Positions 53,080-60,523 of a stretch of 61,040 nt of DNA are shown in pieces (position 1 is the stretch's first letter; every line of letters starts with the position of its first letter). A program made the translations under genes and the position numbers. The notes beneath the pieces were generated by a model. The model made no database searches and was not told the origin of the DNA. It saw only the letters and a program-made list of their open reading frames with translations. The DNA comes from a virus (Duplodnaviria; Caudoviricetes), in the IMG/VR virus record IMGVR_UViG_3300033153_003434, positions 1 through 61,040 of that record. One strand, given 5' to 3'.

Positions 53080-53507
53080 TGTTAGAAGTAAAAGATTATG
53101 AAGATGGTTATCATATACGATTATATGATGCTAAAGAAGGTGGTAATATTGATATAAAACATTCTGATGGTTGGAAAAATGTAGGTAAAACTATAAAAAG
53201 TAAAGACCTTAAATATATGGATGTTATATTTCAGAAACCTATGAAAGAACATCTTAGAATAAAAGGTAGTTGGGGTGTTAATCAGCTTTTAGTTAATTAT
53301 TTGAAAAGGTTTTCAAAAGATACGACTATAAACATTTATATAGAGTGTTTAGAAAAAAATAAAATATATAAAGCACCACTTGAACAAATTTTAAAATATG
53401 GGGAATTTTACCAAGCAAATGGTTGGGATAAACAATTACATATAAAATTATATGATTGGGAAATAGTTAATGATTTTCAAATAGTTGATTATTCTATTGA
53501 CATTTAA
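53079..53507 (+). CDS. Hypothetical protein
   Basis: Likely start MLEVKD overlapping the upstream stop (TAATG). Confidence 0.6.
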   Translation: MLEVKDYEDGYHIRLYDAKEGGNIDIKHSDGWKNVGKTIKSKDLKYMDVIFQKPMKEHLRIKGSWGVNQLLVNYLKRFSKDTTINIYIECLEKNKIYKAPLEQILKYGEFYQANGWDKQLHIKLYDWEIVNDFQIVDYSIDI

Positions 53508-53525
53508 GAAAAAATTGTGTATATT
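53497..53525 (+). promoter_or_regulatory. Sigma70-type promoter
   Basis: TTGACA-17 nt-TATATT. Confidence 0.6.
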
Positions 53526-53610
53526 ATGATTATGAAAAAGATAAAATTTGACATATTAAGTGATAACTTTTATAAATAAGTATATAAGACTTAATTATAG
53601 GAGTTTAAAA

Positions 53611-54471
53611 ATGAAGAAGCATAATATTGTATATCAGATAACTAATTTGATTAATGGTAAAATATACATTGGGGTTCATACTACAAATAAAATAAAAGAT
53701 AATTATATGGGTAGTAGCAAAAAAATGAAAAATGATATCAAAAAGTATGGAAAGAATAATTTTAAAAAAGAAATTCTTTTTAATTTTGATTCTAAAGAAG
53801 AAATGTTTGATATAGAAGAAAAAATTGTTAATGAAGAATTTATTCAAAGAAAAGATACCTACAATCAACACACTGGTGGAAAAGGTGGGTGGGAACATAA
53901 TATCGGGTGGGTGTGTGTAAAAGATAAAAATGGTTGTAAATATAGAATTAGAAATGACGACCCAAGATATTTAAGCGGTGTATTAGTACATCATTTAAAA
54001 GGTACTGTAACAGTAAAAGATAAAAATGGTAATACAATGAGAGTTTCTACAAATGACCCAAGATATATAAATGGTGAATTGGTTCATAACTTAAAAGGAA
54101 CTATAACATCAAAGGATAAAGAAGGAAATATATCTCAGGTTTCTAAAGACGACCCGAGATATTTAAGTGGTGAATTAGTTAGTGTTATTAAAGGAACTGT
54201 TAGAGTTAAAGATGAAAATGGTGCGTGTATTAGTGTATCTACTGACGACCCGAGATATTTATCAGGCGAATTGGTATTTGTTAATACAAATAGAAAACAA
54301 ACAGAAAAAACAAAAAAAGCAATTGGAATAAAAAATAGAAAAAATAATTTAGGTATGATATGGATATTAAATAAAGAAACAAATGAAAAGAAAAGAATAA
54401 AAAAAGAAAAACTTCAAGAATGGATATATAAAGGTTGGATAAAAGGTAGAAAAATTAAAAAAAAGACTTGA
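53611..54471 (+). CDS. GIY-YIG (Seg-like) homing endonuclease with four C-terminal repeats
   Basis: IVYQITNLINGKIYIGVH..YMGS..KYG..FKKEIL..E..YN; repeats VKDKNG..DDPRYLSGELV; TATAAATA at 53571 and AGGAG RBS. Confidence 0.88.
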   Translation: MKKHNIVYQITNLINGKIYIGVHTTNKIKDNYMGSSKKMKNDIKKYGKNNFKKEILFNFDSKEEMFDIEEKIVNEEFIQRKDTYNQHTGGKGGWEHNIGWVCVKDKNGCKYRIRNDDPRYLSGVLVHHLKGTVTVKDKNGNTMRVSTNDPRYINGELVHNLKGTITSKDKEGNISQVSKDDPRYLSGELVSVIKGTVRVKDENGACISVSTDDPRYLSGELVFVNTNRKQTEKTKKAIGIKNRKNNLGMIWILNKETNEKKRIKKEKLQEWIYKGWIKGRKIKKKT

Positions 54472-54496
54472 CTATTGATAATTAAAAGGTTATATT
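54468..54496 (+). promoter_or_regulatory. Sigma70-type promoter
   Basis: TTGACT-17 nt-TATATT; ATG lies 6 nt downstream of the -10 box (likely leaderless). Confidence 0.65.
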
Positions 54497-54502
54497 TATG
54501 GT

Positions 54503-55333
54503 ATGAATATAGACATCCTTTCGGATATACATATCGACTTTTGGGTTAAGAGTGCTCAGAGAACAGGAAAGCATAAACGCTTTATAGAGCAAAGAATACA
54601 ACCAAAATCTGATAATATTATAATAGCTGGAGATATTTCTCATGGTATGAAAAGTGGTATAGCTTTCTTAAAACAACTTAAAAACTTTTATAAACGAGTT
54701 ATAGTTGTTTTTGGTAATCATGATTATTATATGCCACACTCAGAAAAAGATAGATATCTAAACTATAAAGAAAAAATGATAGACTATGAAAACAAACTTA
54801 GAGAACTTGGTATAGATATCCTTACAGGTCAAACTATAGATGTAGATGGTGTTAAGATATTTGGAACTGGTATGTGGTATGATTTCAGTTATGCTGAAAA
54901 ATTGAGAAATGGTATTTCAGACTTTGTTATAGGTCATAACTGGGATAGTGGTATGAATGATGCTAATTGGATAAAAGGTTTAAAAGGTGAACACCCACTT
55001 ATTAGCTATCAAAATAATTTAGAACTTTTCAATGTGGAGTATGATAAACTTATGGGTGATGAATTCATTTTAGCAGATATAATAGTTTCACACATACCAC
55101 CACTAAATGAAAAAAAGTATTTTGAAGAAAGATTCCAATATGATTTACTTACAGGGTGTTTTGCTTTTAATGGTATGAATTTAGTAGATATTACAACTGC
55201 TAAACATTGGATTTATGGACACCAACATAGAATATCAGAACAGGAAGTATCAGGAACTAAAATGATATGTAATGCTTTAGGTTATCCTAACCATGATAAA
55301 AATAATGCTAAAACTTTAACTTTGGAGATATAA
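54503..55333 (+). CDS. Calcineurin-like metallophosphoesterase
   Basis: SDIH, AGD, GNHD, SHIPP, GHQH motifs. Confidence 0.9.
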   Translation: MNIDILSDIHIDFWVKSAQRTGKHKRFIEQRIQPKSDNIIIAGDISHGMKSGIAFLKQLKNFYKRVIVVFGNHDYYMPHSEKDRYLNYKEKMIDYENKLRELGIDILTGQTIDVDGVKIFGTGMWYDFSYAEKLRNGISDFVIGHNWDSGMNDANWIKGLKGEHPLISYQNNLELFNVEYDKLMGDEFILADIIVSHIPPLNEKKYFEERFQYDLLTGCFAFNGMNLVDITTAKHWIYGHQHRISEQEVSGTKMICNALGYPNHDKNNAKTLTLEI

Positions 55334-55584
55334 TGGTTTATAATAATTTAAAAAATATAGATACCGCTACTATAACTGGTAGGGGTTTAATACTTCTTAT
55401 AGATTTACGTGTTAATGGTTTAATAGATTCTGATTATACAGAAGATACAATAATTAAAAAAGGTGACCATATAAAATATGAAGATGATATGTATTTAGTT
55501 AGAGGTGTGGAGTGTATGAGTACTTTTGCAGGTTTTAGAAGAAATATAGGTTGTTTAGTTAGAAAATTAAAAAGGGCGGAATAA
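55333..55584 (+). CDS. Hypothetical protein (small beta-barrel; ITGRG motif)
   Basis: 83-aa ORF coupled to upstream gene. Confidence 0.55.
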   Translation: MVYNNLKNIDTATITGRGLILLIDLRVNGLIDSDYTEDTIIKKGDHIKYEDDMYLVRGVECMSTFAGFRRNIGCLVRKLKRAE

Positions 55585-55585
55585 A

Positions 55586-55729
55586 ATGAGTAAGGAACAA
55601 AAATATACATGTTCAAATCCAGTACCAATTTTAAAATGTGAACATTTAAAAGATATATGTATTTGTACCAAAAAAGAAAAATGTTTTTATAAAATGAATT
55701 GGTCTAAAATAAACAATAGGGGTAAATAA
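55586..55729 (+). CDS. Small Cys-rich protein (47 aa)
   Basis: MSKEQKYTCSNP...NRGK*, fills the gap between coupled genes. Confidence 0.5.
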   Translation: MSKEQKYTCSNPVPILKCEHLKDICICTKKEKCFYKMNWSKINNRGK

Positions 55730-55923
55730 TGAATAAAATGGTAGTTATTGGTAGAACGGGTGATAAAACCTGCTATTTGAACGTTGATAGAGATGAAGCA
55801 TTAGAACGTTATTATAAAGATAGGGGAATTACCACAGATGTAGTCAAACAAGAAGTGGATGATGAATATGTGCGAGAATATACCTTTGATGATGAATTTG
55901 CTGCTTATGAAGTGTGGGGTTAA
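55729..55923 (+). CDS. Hypothetical protein
   Basis: 64-aa ORF, TAATG coupling. Confidence 0.6.
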   Translation: MNKMVVIGRTGDKTCYLNVDRDEALERYYKDRGITTDVVKQEVDDEYVREYTFDDEFAAYEVWG

Positions 55924-55924
55924 T

Positions 55925-56095
55925 ATGGAACAAGGTATGGTGTTTGACTTACACCAAGATGGACAAGAAACAAAAAGAGTTATGGCGATGAACAATAACG
56001 ATGTTGTTGATTTGAAAACTCTTAAGATAATAAAAAATATAGATGAAGATAATGAAATCGGTGATATTATACACTGGGATATATTAGAATATTAA
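55925..56095 (+). CDS. Hypothetical protein
   Basis: Likely start MEQGMVFDLHQ directly after upstream stop. Confidence 0.5.
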   Translation: MEQGMVFDLHQDGQETKRVMAMNNNDVVDLKTLKIIKNIDEDNEIGDIIHWDILEY

Positions 56096-56096
56096 A

Positions 56097-56390
56097 ATGG
56101 AAAATGTTATGAAATTACCAATAAATTATGATGATACTCATTGGACTATAAGAAAAAGAGTAAGAGAACAATATGTAGAAAACCAAAACGGTAAATGTTG
56201 GTTTTGTGGTAATAATTTAGATGATGCCCCTACAGAAGAAATTGAGGAAGCTTATATAAACAGACGTTTGTTTCCATTGCATTTTTTCGATACTCCAATA
56301 CATTTACATCATAATCATGATACAGGAATGACAATAGGTGCAATACATTGTAGGTGTAACGCATACTTATGGCAATATAAAGGAGAATAA
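56097..56390 (+). CDS. Endonuclease VII-like (His-Me finger) small protein
   Basis: QNGKCWFC..LHHNHDTGMTIGAIHCRCN. Confidence 0.75.
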   Translation: MENVMKLPINYDDTHWTIRKRVREQYVENQNGKCWFCGNNLDDAPTEEIEEAYINRRLFPLHFFDTPIHLHHNHDTGMTIGAIHCRCNAYLWQYKGE

Positions 56391-56406
56391 AATTAAAGGT
56401 GGTGAT

Positions 56407-56688
56407 ATGAAGAAAAGTTTTATAGTAAAACGTGGCGAAAAAATGGGTTACGATGGTAAAAGTTATGAACAAGGTTTTTTGGATACTTTTGGTGATGTTT
56501 ATGAAAATTGTATTATTAATGGTTTAGATATAACAGGAAAAATTGTAGCAGTGTTGATGAATACTGACGGTATTCTTCAATATAATGTTAGATACCTTTT
56601 AAATGGAGATTTCATAACTAATTGGTTATATGATTATGAAATAGAGATATACTACTTAAAAAAAGAAACAGGAGAAAAAAATGTTTAA
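56407..56688 (+). CDS. Hypothetical protein
   Basis: Start MKKSFIVKRG after GGTGGTG RBS. Confidence 0.55.
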   Translation: MKKSFIVKRGEKMGYDGKSYEQGFLDTFGDVYENCIINGLDITGKIVAVLMNTDGILQYNVRYLLNGDFITNWLYDYEIEIYYLKKETGEKNV

Positions 56689-57148
56689 TGACACGTTCGA
56701 TGCTGTAATAACAGCAGTATCAGCAGGAACAAAGAATGTAAAGAATGAAGAAGGAACTAAAGAAGTTAGGGCGGTTTGTAAATTTAAATTGGAAACATCA
56801 GCAATAGACTACGATTCTATTACAGAATTTGACACAAGTGTTGGTGCTACTATATTAAATATACAACCAATGCCTTTTAAAATGGTTGATTTTGGCGACA
56901 TGAGTGTGTATGGTATGGGTGTTGACTTGTTTGGAATGGATGATGAAACACAATTAGCATCGGAAGCACCAGACGCTACTTATATTAATGTAAATATAAA
57001 AAATCTTAGAGTAAAGAATGATAATGATATACCAATTTTTACTTTTAGTTTGGAAATGCCAATAGAAACATCTACAAAATTCTTGTTTAATAACATGAAA
57101 AAAGATGTAATGTTCAAGTTTTTTAAGGCTAATGTGAAAAAAAGTTAA
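56681..57148 (+). CDS. Hypothetical beta-rich protein
   Basis: 155-aa ORF, AGGAG RBS. Confidence 0.65.
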   Translation: MFNDTFDAVITAVSAGTKNVKNEEGTKEVRAVCKFKLETSAIDYDSITEFDTSVGATILNIQPMPFKMVDFGDMSVYGMGVDLFGMDDETQLASEAPDATYINVNIKNLRVKNDNDIPIFTFSLEMPIETSTKFLFNNMKKDVMFKFFKANVKKS

Positions 57149-57156
57149 AAAAAGAC

Positions 57157-57185
57157 TTGACTTTGGTTTAAAAATTGGTTAGATT
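57157..57185 (+). promoter_or_regulatory. Sigma70-type promoter for the RNA cluster
   Basis: TTGACT-17 nt-TAGATT. Confidence 0.65.
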
Positions 57186-57249
57186 GTATTCAGTTCGTTG
57201 AAATAGAAAAATTATCAGATAAAAGAAAGTATAATAATGCCTCCTTTAA

Positions 57250-57302
57250 GGGATACACACAGCAATACCTTTTCTAACAGACAAAAAGAAAAAAGTATCC
57301 CG
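57250..57302 (+). ncRNA. ACAGCAA-stem RNA element, copy 1
   Basis: GGGATAC-ac-ACAGCAA...GTATCCC-G. Confidence 0.6.
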
Positions 57303-57311
57303 TAACTATTT

Positions 57312-57397
57312 GGTGTTGTCGTCTAATGGAAGGGCTAACACCCGAGGACCCTACGGTTTTCATCCGAGAGATGCAGGTTCGAATCCTGCCAACATCA
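57312..57397 (+). tRNA. tRNA-Glu(UUC)-like with enlarged D-loop
   Basis: Acceptor GGTGTTG/CAACATC; loop TTTTCAT; T arm GCAGG-TTCGAAT-CCTGC. Confidence 0.7.
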
Positions 57398-57439
57398 CAA
57401 ATAGGCATTATTATAATACCTTATAACCTCCTTTTATAA

Positions 57440-57502
57440 GGAAAACACACAGCAAACAAAAACTCTTGCCTACAAAGCAAAAATAGTTAATATTGTTTTC
57501 CG
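57440..57502 (+). ncRNA. ACAGCAA-stem RNA element, copy 2
   Basis: GGAAAAC-ac-ACAGCAA...GTTTTCC-G; internal hairpin TTGC-CTACAAA-GCAA. Confidence 0.6.
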
Positions 57503-57514
57503 TTAAGTTATAAA

Positions 57515-57589
57515 AGACTGCACACAGCAAACACATTATATTTAATTAGATAAATAAAATAATAAAATAATAATAATAATTGCAGTCTG
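57515..57589 (+). ncRNA. ACAGCAA-stem RNA element, copy 3
   Basis: AGACTGC-ac-ACAGCAA...GCAGTCT-G. Confidence 0.6.
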
Positions 57590-57617
57590 AACTAATATTA
57601 AAAGTTAATATAAAAAA

Positions 57618-57740
57618 AGGGTGAAAACCCTGGGTTCCTACACTAGTAGGTGGTGATTACTGACCGAAAGGTTTGTGAGACCCGTTTTGCCAATTTCGTT
57701 AAAAATTGGTTGGTGGAGATGGGGTAAGCGATTATCCCCA
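57618..57740 (+). ncRNA. Candidate multi-hairpin structured RNA, unknown family
   Basis: GC-rich; hairpins cctac/gtagg, acc-gaaa-ggt, ccaattt/aaattgg, tgggg/cccca. Confidence 0.45.
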
Positions 57741-57779
57741 CTTTTACATGCCTGATAATTTTTATAAATAAGAATATAT

Positions 57780-57855
57780 TGCGGGGTAGACCAGTTGGTT
57801 AAGTCGGTAGCCTCATAAGCTACGCATTTCAGGGGTTCGAATCCCTTTCCCGCAA
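57780..57855 (+). tRNA. tRNA with CAU anticodon (Met or Ile2)
   Basis: Acceptor TGCGGGG/TCCCGCA; GTAGC-CTCATAA-GCTAC; TTCGAAT T-loop; TATAAATA at 57763. Confidence 0.9.
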
Positions 57856-57881
57856 CTAAGAACTAATAACAAGGATTAAAA

Positions 57882-58022
57882 ATGAAGAAAACTAAAAAAC
57901 CTAATATTCTAAAAGAAGTAGTTGGTGAACCAACTAAAGGTAGAATACTAAACGAATCAGAAGAAAAAGTTGTAGATAGAAACAAGAAAAAGAAAATAAT
58001 TAAAGAAAAGAAAACAACTTAA
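57882..58022 (+). CDS. 46-aa basic peptide with three [IL]xE motifs
   Basis: AGGA RBS; MKKTKKPNILKEVVGEPTKGRILNESEE...IIKEKKTT*. Confidence 0.55.
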   Translation: MKKTKKPNILKEVVGEPTKGRILNESEEKVVDRNKKKKIIKEKKTT

Positions 58023-58135
58023 ACAAAAACAATTATAAATAAAGGTATATGATGAAAAATAGTAAAACATATTATAGTGAAGCGGAGAACACAATGTAAG
58101 AGTTTTGTCTATTTATTTTATACCAAAAATTTATT

Positions 58136-58165
58136 AAAGCTCTGAACATTTCAGGGCTTTTTTTT
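58136..58165 (+). terminator. Intrinsic terminator after a 16-codon ORF, upstream of tRNA-Ser
   Basis: aaagctctgaa-cat-ttcagggcttt followed by T tract. Confidence 0.7.
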
Positions 58166-58183
58166 ATTTGGGGCTGTAATAAA

Positions 58184-58268
58184 GGAAGAACGGAAATAGG
58201 TGTATCACACTCCCTGCTAAGGAGTCACTCGTGAAAGCGAGTTGAGGGTTCGACCCCCTCTTCTTCCT
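58184..58268 (+). tRNA. tRNA-Ser(GCU)
   Basis: Acceptor GGAAGAA/TTCTTCC; ACTCC-CTGCTAA-GGAGT; long variable arm; T arm GAGGG/CCCTC. Confidence 0.88.
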
Positions 58269-58296
58269 CAAATTGAAATAGAATTATAATTATAAT

Positions 58297-58379
58297 TGGT
58301 AGGTATGCAAGTAGTCAAAGCAATCGGTCTGTAAAACCGCCGCCTTCGGGATTCGTGGGTGCATGTCCCACCCTACCAA
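58297..58379 (+). tRNA. tRNA-Tyr(GUA) with atypical T-loop
   Basis: Acceptor TGGTAGG/CCTACCA; CGGT-CTGTAAA-ACCG; variable arm; T-loop TGCATGT. Confidence 0.8.
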
Positions 58380-58385
58380 CAAATC

Positions 58386-58476
58386 GGGGATAAAGGGTAC
58401 TGATGGAAGTACTTTATTCTGACAAGAATAAAAACAGCAATTAAAAATTAAGTGGGTTCGATTCCCACTATCTCCG
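58386..58476 (+). tRNA. Atypical tRNA-like RNA (GAC-containing 8-nt loop, G3:U70, ACAGCAA in variable region)
   Basis: GGGGATA/TATCTCC acceptor; D stem GTAC/GTAC; TTATT-CTGACAAG-AATAA; T arm GTGGG-TTCGATT-CCCAC. Confidence 0.6.
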
Positions 58477-58495
58477 CTAATAATTAAAATAATAC

Positions 58496-58524
58496 TTGAC
58501 ATTATACAAATAAAGTCTTATATT
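58496..58524 (+). promoter_or_regulatory. Sigma70-type promoter
   Basis: TTGACA-17 nt-TATATT. Confidence 0.72.
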
Positions 58525-58555
58525 GTTATAGTTAATTGAAATAGAATGAATATAA

Positions 58556-58649
58556 GGGATACTTACAGCAAACAAAACAAGTGCTATTGGTTAGCAATCT
58601 TTCTTAAAAAAAGACTAAACGGTTCAATTCCGTGTTATATAGTATCCCG
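58556..58649 (+). ncRNA. ACAGCAA-stem RNA element, copy 4, enclosing D-, anticodon(UAA)- and T-arm-like hairpins
   Basis: GGGATAC-tt-ACAGCAA..TGCTA-TTGGT-TAGCA..TCTTT-CTTAAAA-AAAGA..ACGG-TTCAATT-CCGT..GTATCCC-G. Confidence 0.7.
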
Positions 58650-58656
58650 ACTTTAT

Positions 58657-58729
58657 GCTCCCATCTTATAACTGGTTAGTAAATGCGGTTTTCATCCGCA
58701 TAATCGGAGTTCGAGCCTCCGTGGGAGTA
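58657..58729 (+). tRNA. tRNA-Glu(UUC)
   Basis: Acceptor GCTCCCA/TGGGAGT; TGCGG-TTTTCAT-CCGCA; T arm CGGAG-TTCGAGC-CTCCG. Confidence 0.88.
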
Positions 58730-58735
58730 CACATG

Positions 58736-58772
58736 AAATAACCAAGATATACAACACATCTTGGTTATTTTT
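58736..58772 (+). terminator. Terminator hairpin after tRNA-Glu
   Basis: aaataaccaagat/atcttggttattt 13-bp stem plus T tract. Confidence 0.65.
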
Positions 58773-58870
58773 GTTCGTTAATATATATTATTTTTAAGAA
58801 ACTTTAAATCATTAAGTAACCTAATGGTTCAATTTTATAAATAAGTATATAAACTATTTAAGGATTGAAA

Positions 58871-59965
58871 ATGAAGTGTAAAAAATGTGGTATAGAAAAT
58901 GATGGTTCTTTTGGTTCAGGAAAGTTTTGTTCGAGAAAATGTGCTAATAGTAGAACTTGGACAGACGAAGATAAACTAAAAAAAAGTATATCTGCTAAGA
59001 ATTCCGAAAAGGTTAAGAAAGCCAATAACATAAACGTAATTCTCCGAATAGGAAAACAATCAGTAGAACGAATAATCAAACACTGCCCTATTTGTGGGAA
59101 AGAATTTAAAAGAATACCATCTAAAGAATCTGTATATTGTTCTAAAAAATGTTGTAATAAAAATTCAGGTGGTTATAGAGAAGGAAGCGGTAGAAGTAAA
59201 TCAGGATATTATAATGGGGTTTATTGTGGTTCTACATATGAATTGGTTTGGATAATATATAGATTAGACCACGATTTAACAGCTAATAGGTTTGATGGTT
59301 ATATATTATACGGTAAAGATAATAGAAAATATTTTCCTGATTTTATAGATGATGATACCGTTATAGAAATAAAAGGTTATGTTACCGAAAAAACCAAACA
59401 TATAATAGAACAAAAGAAAAAAGCAGTGTTGAGAGAAGGATATGATTATAAAATTCTTTTTAAAGTAGATTTAAAGGATATGTTTAAATGGGTTAAAGAT
59501 AATTATGATTATAAAAGACTTGCTGAATTGTATGATGATTATAAACCTAAATACGAATATGTTTGTTTAACTTGTGGTGTAAAATTTAGTGTAGATAAAA
59601 AAAGAAAAACCGAAAGAGTTTTTTGTTCTAAAAAGTGTATAAGACCTATTAATACTAAAGTTCTTAATGGGTTAAAAGGTAAAACATACGAAGAAGTGTT
59701 TGGTGAAGAAAAAGCTAAAGAAATAAAGAAAAAATTATGTGAATCAATTAAAAAAGAAAGAATTTTACATCCGAGAAAATGTTTAGAAGAAACAAAAGAA
59801 AAAATTAGACAAAAACTTATCGTCACACATATAAATAATTGTAAACAATGCGGTGTAGAATTTACAACAAATGGTGATAGAAAAAGAAAAAAGTTGTGTG
59901 ATAATTGCGGGTTTAAATATACTAATAAAAAATATATTAAAAAAGAGCTTGACATTATGATGTAA
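58871..59965 (+). CDS. Multi-Zn-finger PD-(D/E)XK homing-type endonuclease within the tRNA cluster
   Basis: CKKC..FCSRKC, CPIC..YCSKKC, STYE..YFPDF..IEIKG, further CxxC fingers; TATAAATA at 58836. Confidence 0.78.
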   Translation: MKCKKCGIENDGSFGSGKFCSRKCANSRTWTDEDKLKKSISAKNSEKVKKANNINVILRIGKQSVERIIKHCPICGKEFKRIPSKESVYCSKKCCNKNSGGYREGSGRSKSGYYNGVYCGSTYELVWIIYRLDHDLTANRFDGYILYGKDNRKYFPDFIDDDTVIEIKGYVTEKTKHIIEQKKKAVLREGYDYKILFKVDLKDMFKWVKDNYDYKRLAELYDDYKPKYEYVCLTCGVKFSVDKKRKTERVFCSKKCIRPINTKVLNGLKGKTYEEVFGEEKAKEIKKKLCESIKKERILHPRKCLEETKEKIRQKLIVTHINNCKQCGVEFTTNGDRKRKKLCDNCGFKYTNKKYIKKELDIMM

Positions 59966-59977
59966 AATGCTTATATT
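59949..59977 (+). promoter_or_regulatory. Sigma70-type promoter
   Basis: TTGACA-17 nt-TATATT upstream of tRNA and tmRNA. Confidence 0.72.
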
Positions 59978-59991
59978 GTTAATGTTATATC

Positions 59992-60065
59992 GCGGGTGTA
60001 GAGTAGTGGTCAAACTCATCAGATTTTCATTCTGGGAAGCGGGGGTTCGAATCCCCTCACTCGTA
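59992..60065 (+). tRNA. tRNA with UUC anticodon (Glu) on a dissimilar body
   Basis: Acceptor GCGGGTG/CACTCGT; D stem GAGT/ACTC; TCAGA-TTTTCAT-TCTGG; GGGG-TTCGAAT-CCCC. Confidence 0.82.
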
Positions 60066-60146
60066 CTAAGGCTAAGTAACTCCTCTTCTTATGAATGAAA
60101 CTTAGCTAATGTTCTTTGAAATAGAAATTAATCCTAATTAAAAATT

Positions 60147-60503
60147 GGGGGTGTTCAGGATTCGACAGATTTGAACGAAGTATGATAAATCACTTCGAAG
60201 CTTGAGGGTAGCTTCGTTAATATAACCCTCACATAAGATAAATGCAAATTATTCTTATCAAATGGCTGCCTAAAAGGTGGCTCAATCTTTATAATAGTAT
60301 TCGCTTCCCGCTATGTAAAAGATTGCCGTAAGAGGAAGATAGCTAACTAAATTTTCATGTTTAATATTTAGCGAACTTTTAAAACATGACGTCTGAGGAA
60401 ATTTGCTCGTTTAACAAACTTGGGCTGTAAAGGAAATGAGATATGAGTGTAGAGTTTACATATAACGCATATTTGGACACGGGTTCAATTCCCGTCACCT
60501 CCA
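60147..60503 (+). ncRNA. ssrA: tmRNA, predicted tag ANYSYQMAA*
   Basis: 5' GGGGGTG..GGATTCGAC; acceptor with G3:U70 (GGGGGTG/CACCTCC-A); tag ORF 60244..60273; 3' GGACACGGGTTCAATTCCCGT. Confidence 0.92.
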
Positions 60504-60523
60504 CAACTATATAAACTATGGAA

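Noticed and set aside
57250-57589. CRISPR mini-array
   Set aside because: Only a heptamer is identical between units, spacing is irregular, stems covary as RNA structure and no cas genes are present
57780-57855. Initiator tRNA-fMet
   Set aside because: Position 1:72 can pair (U:A) and the anticodon stem lacks three consecutive G:C pairs
58290-58502. 70-aa minus-strand ORF
   Set aside because: Antisense to tRNA-Tyr and the tRNA-like gene
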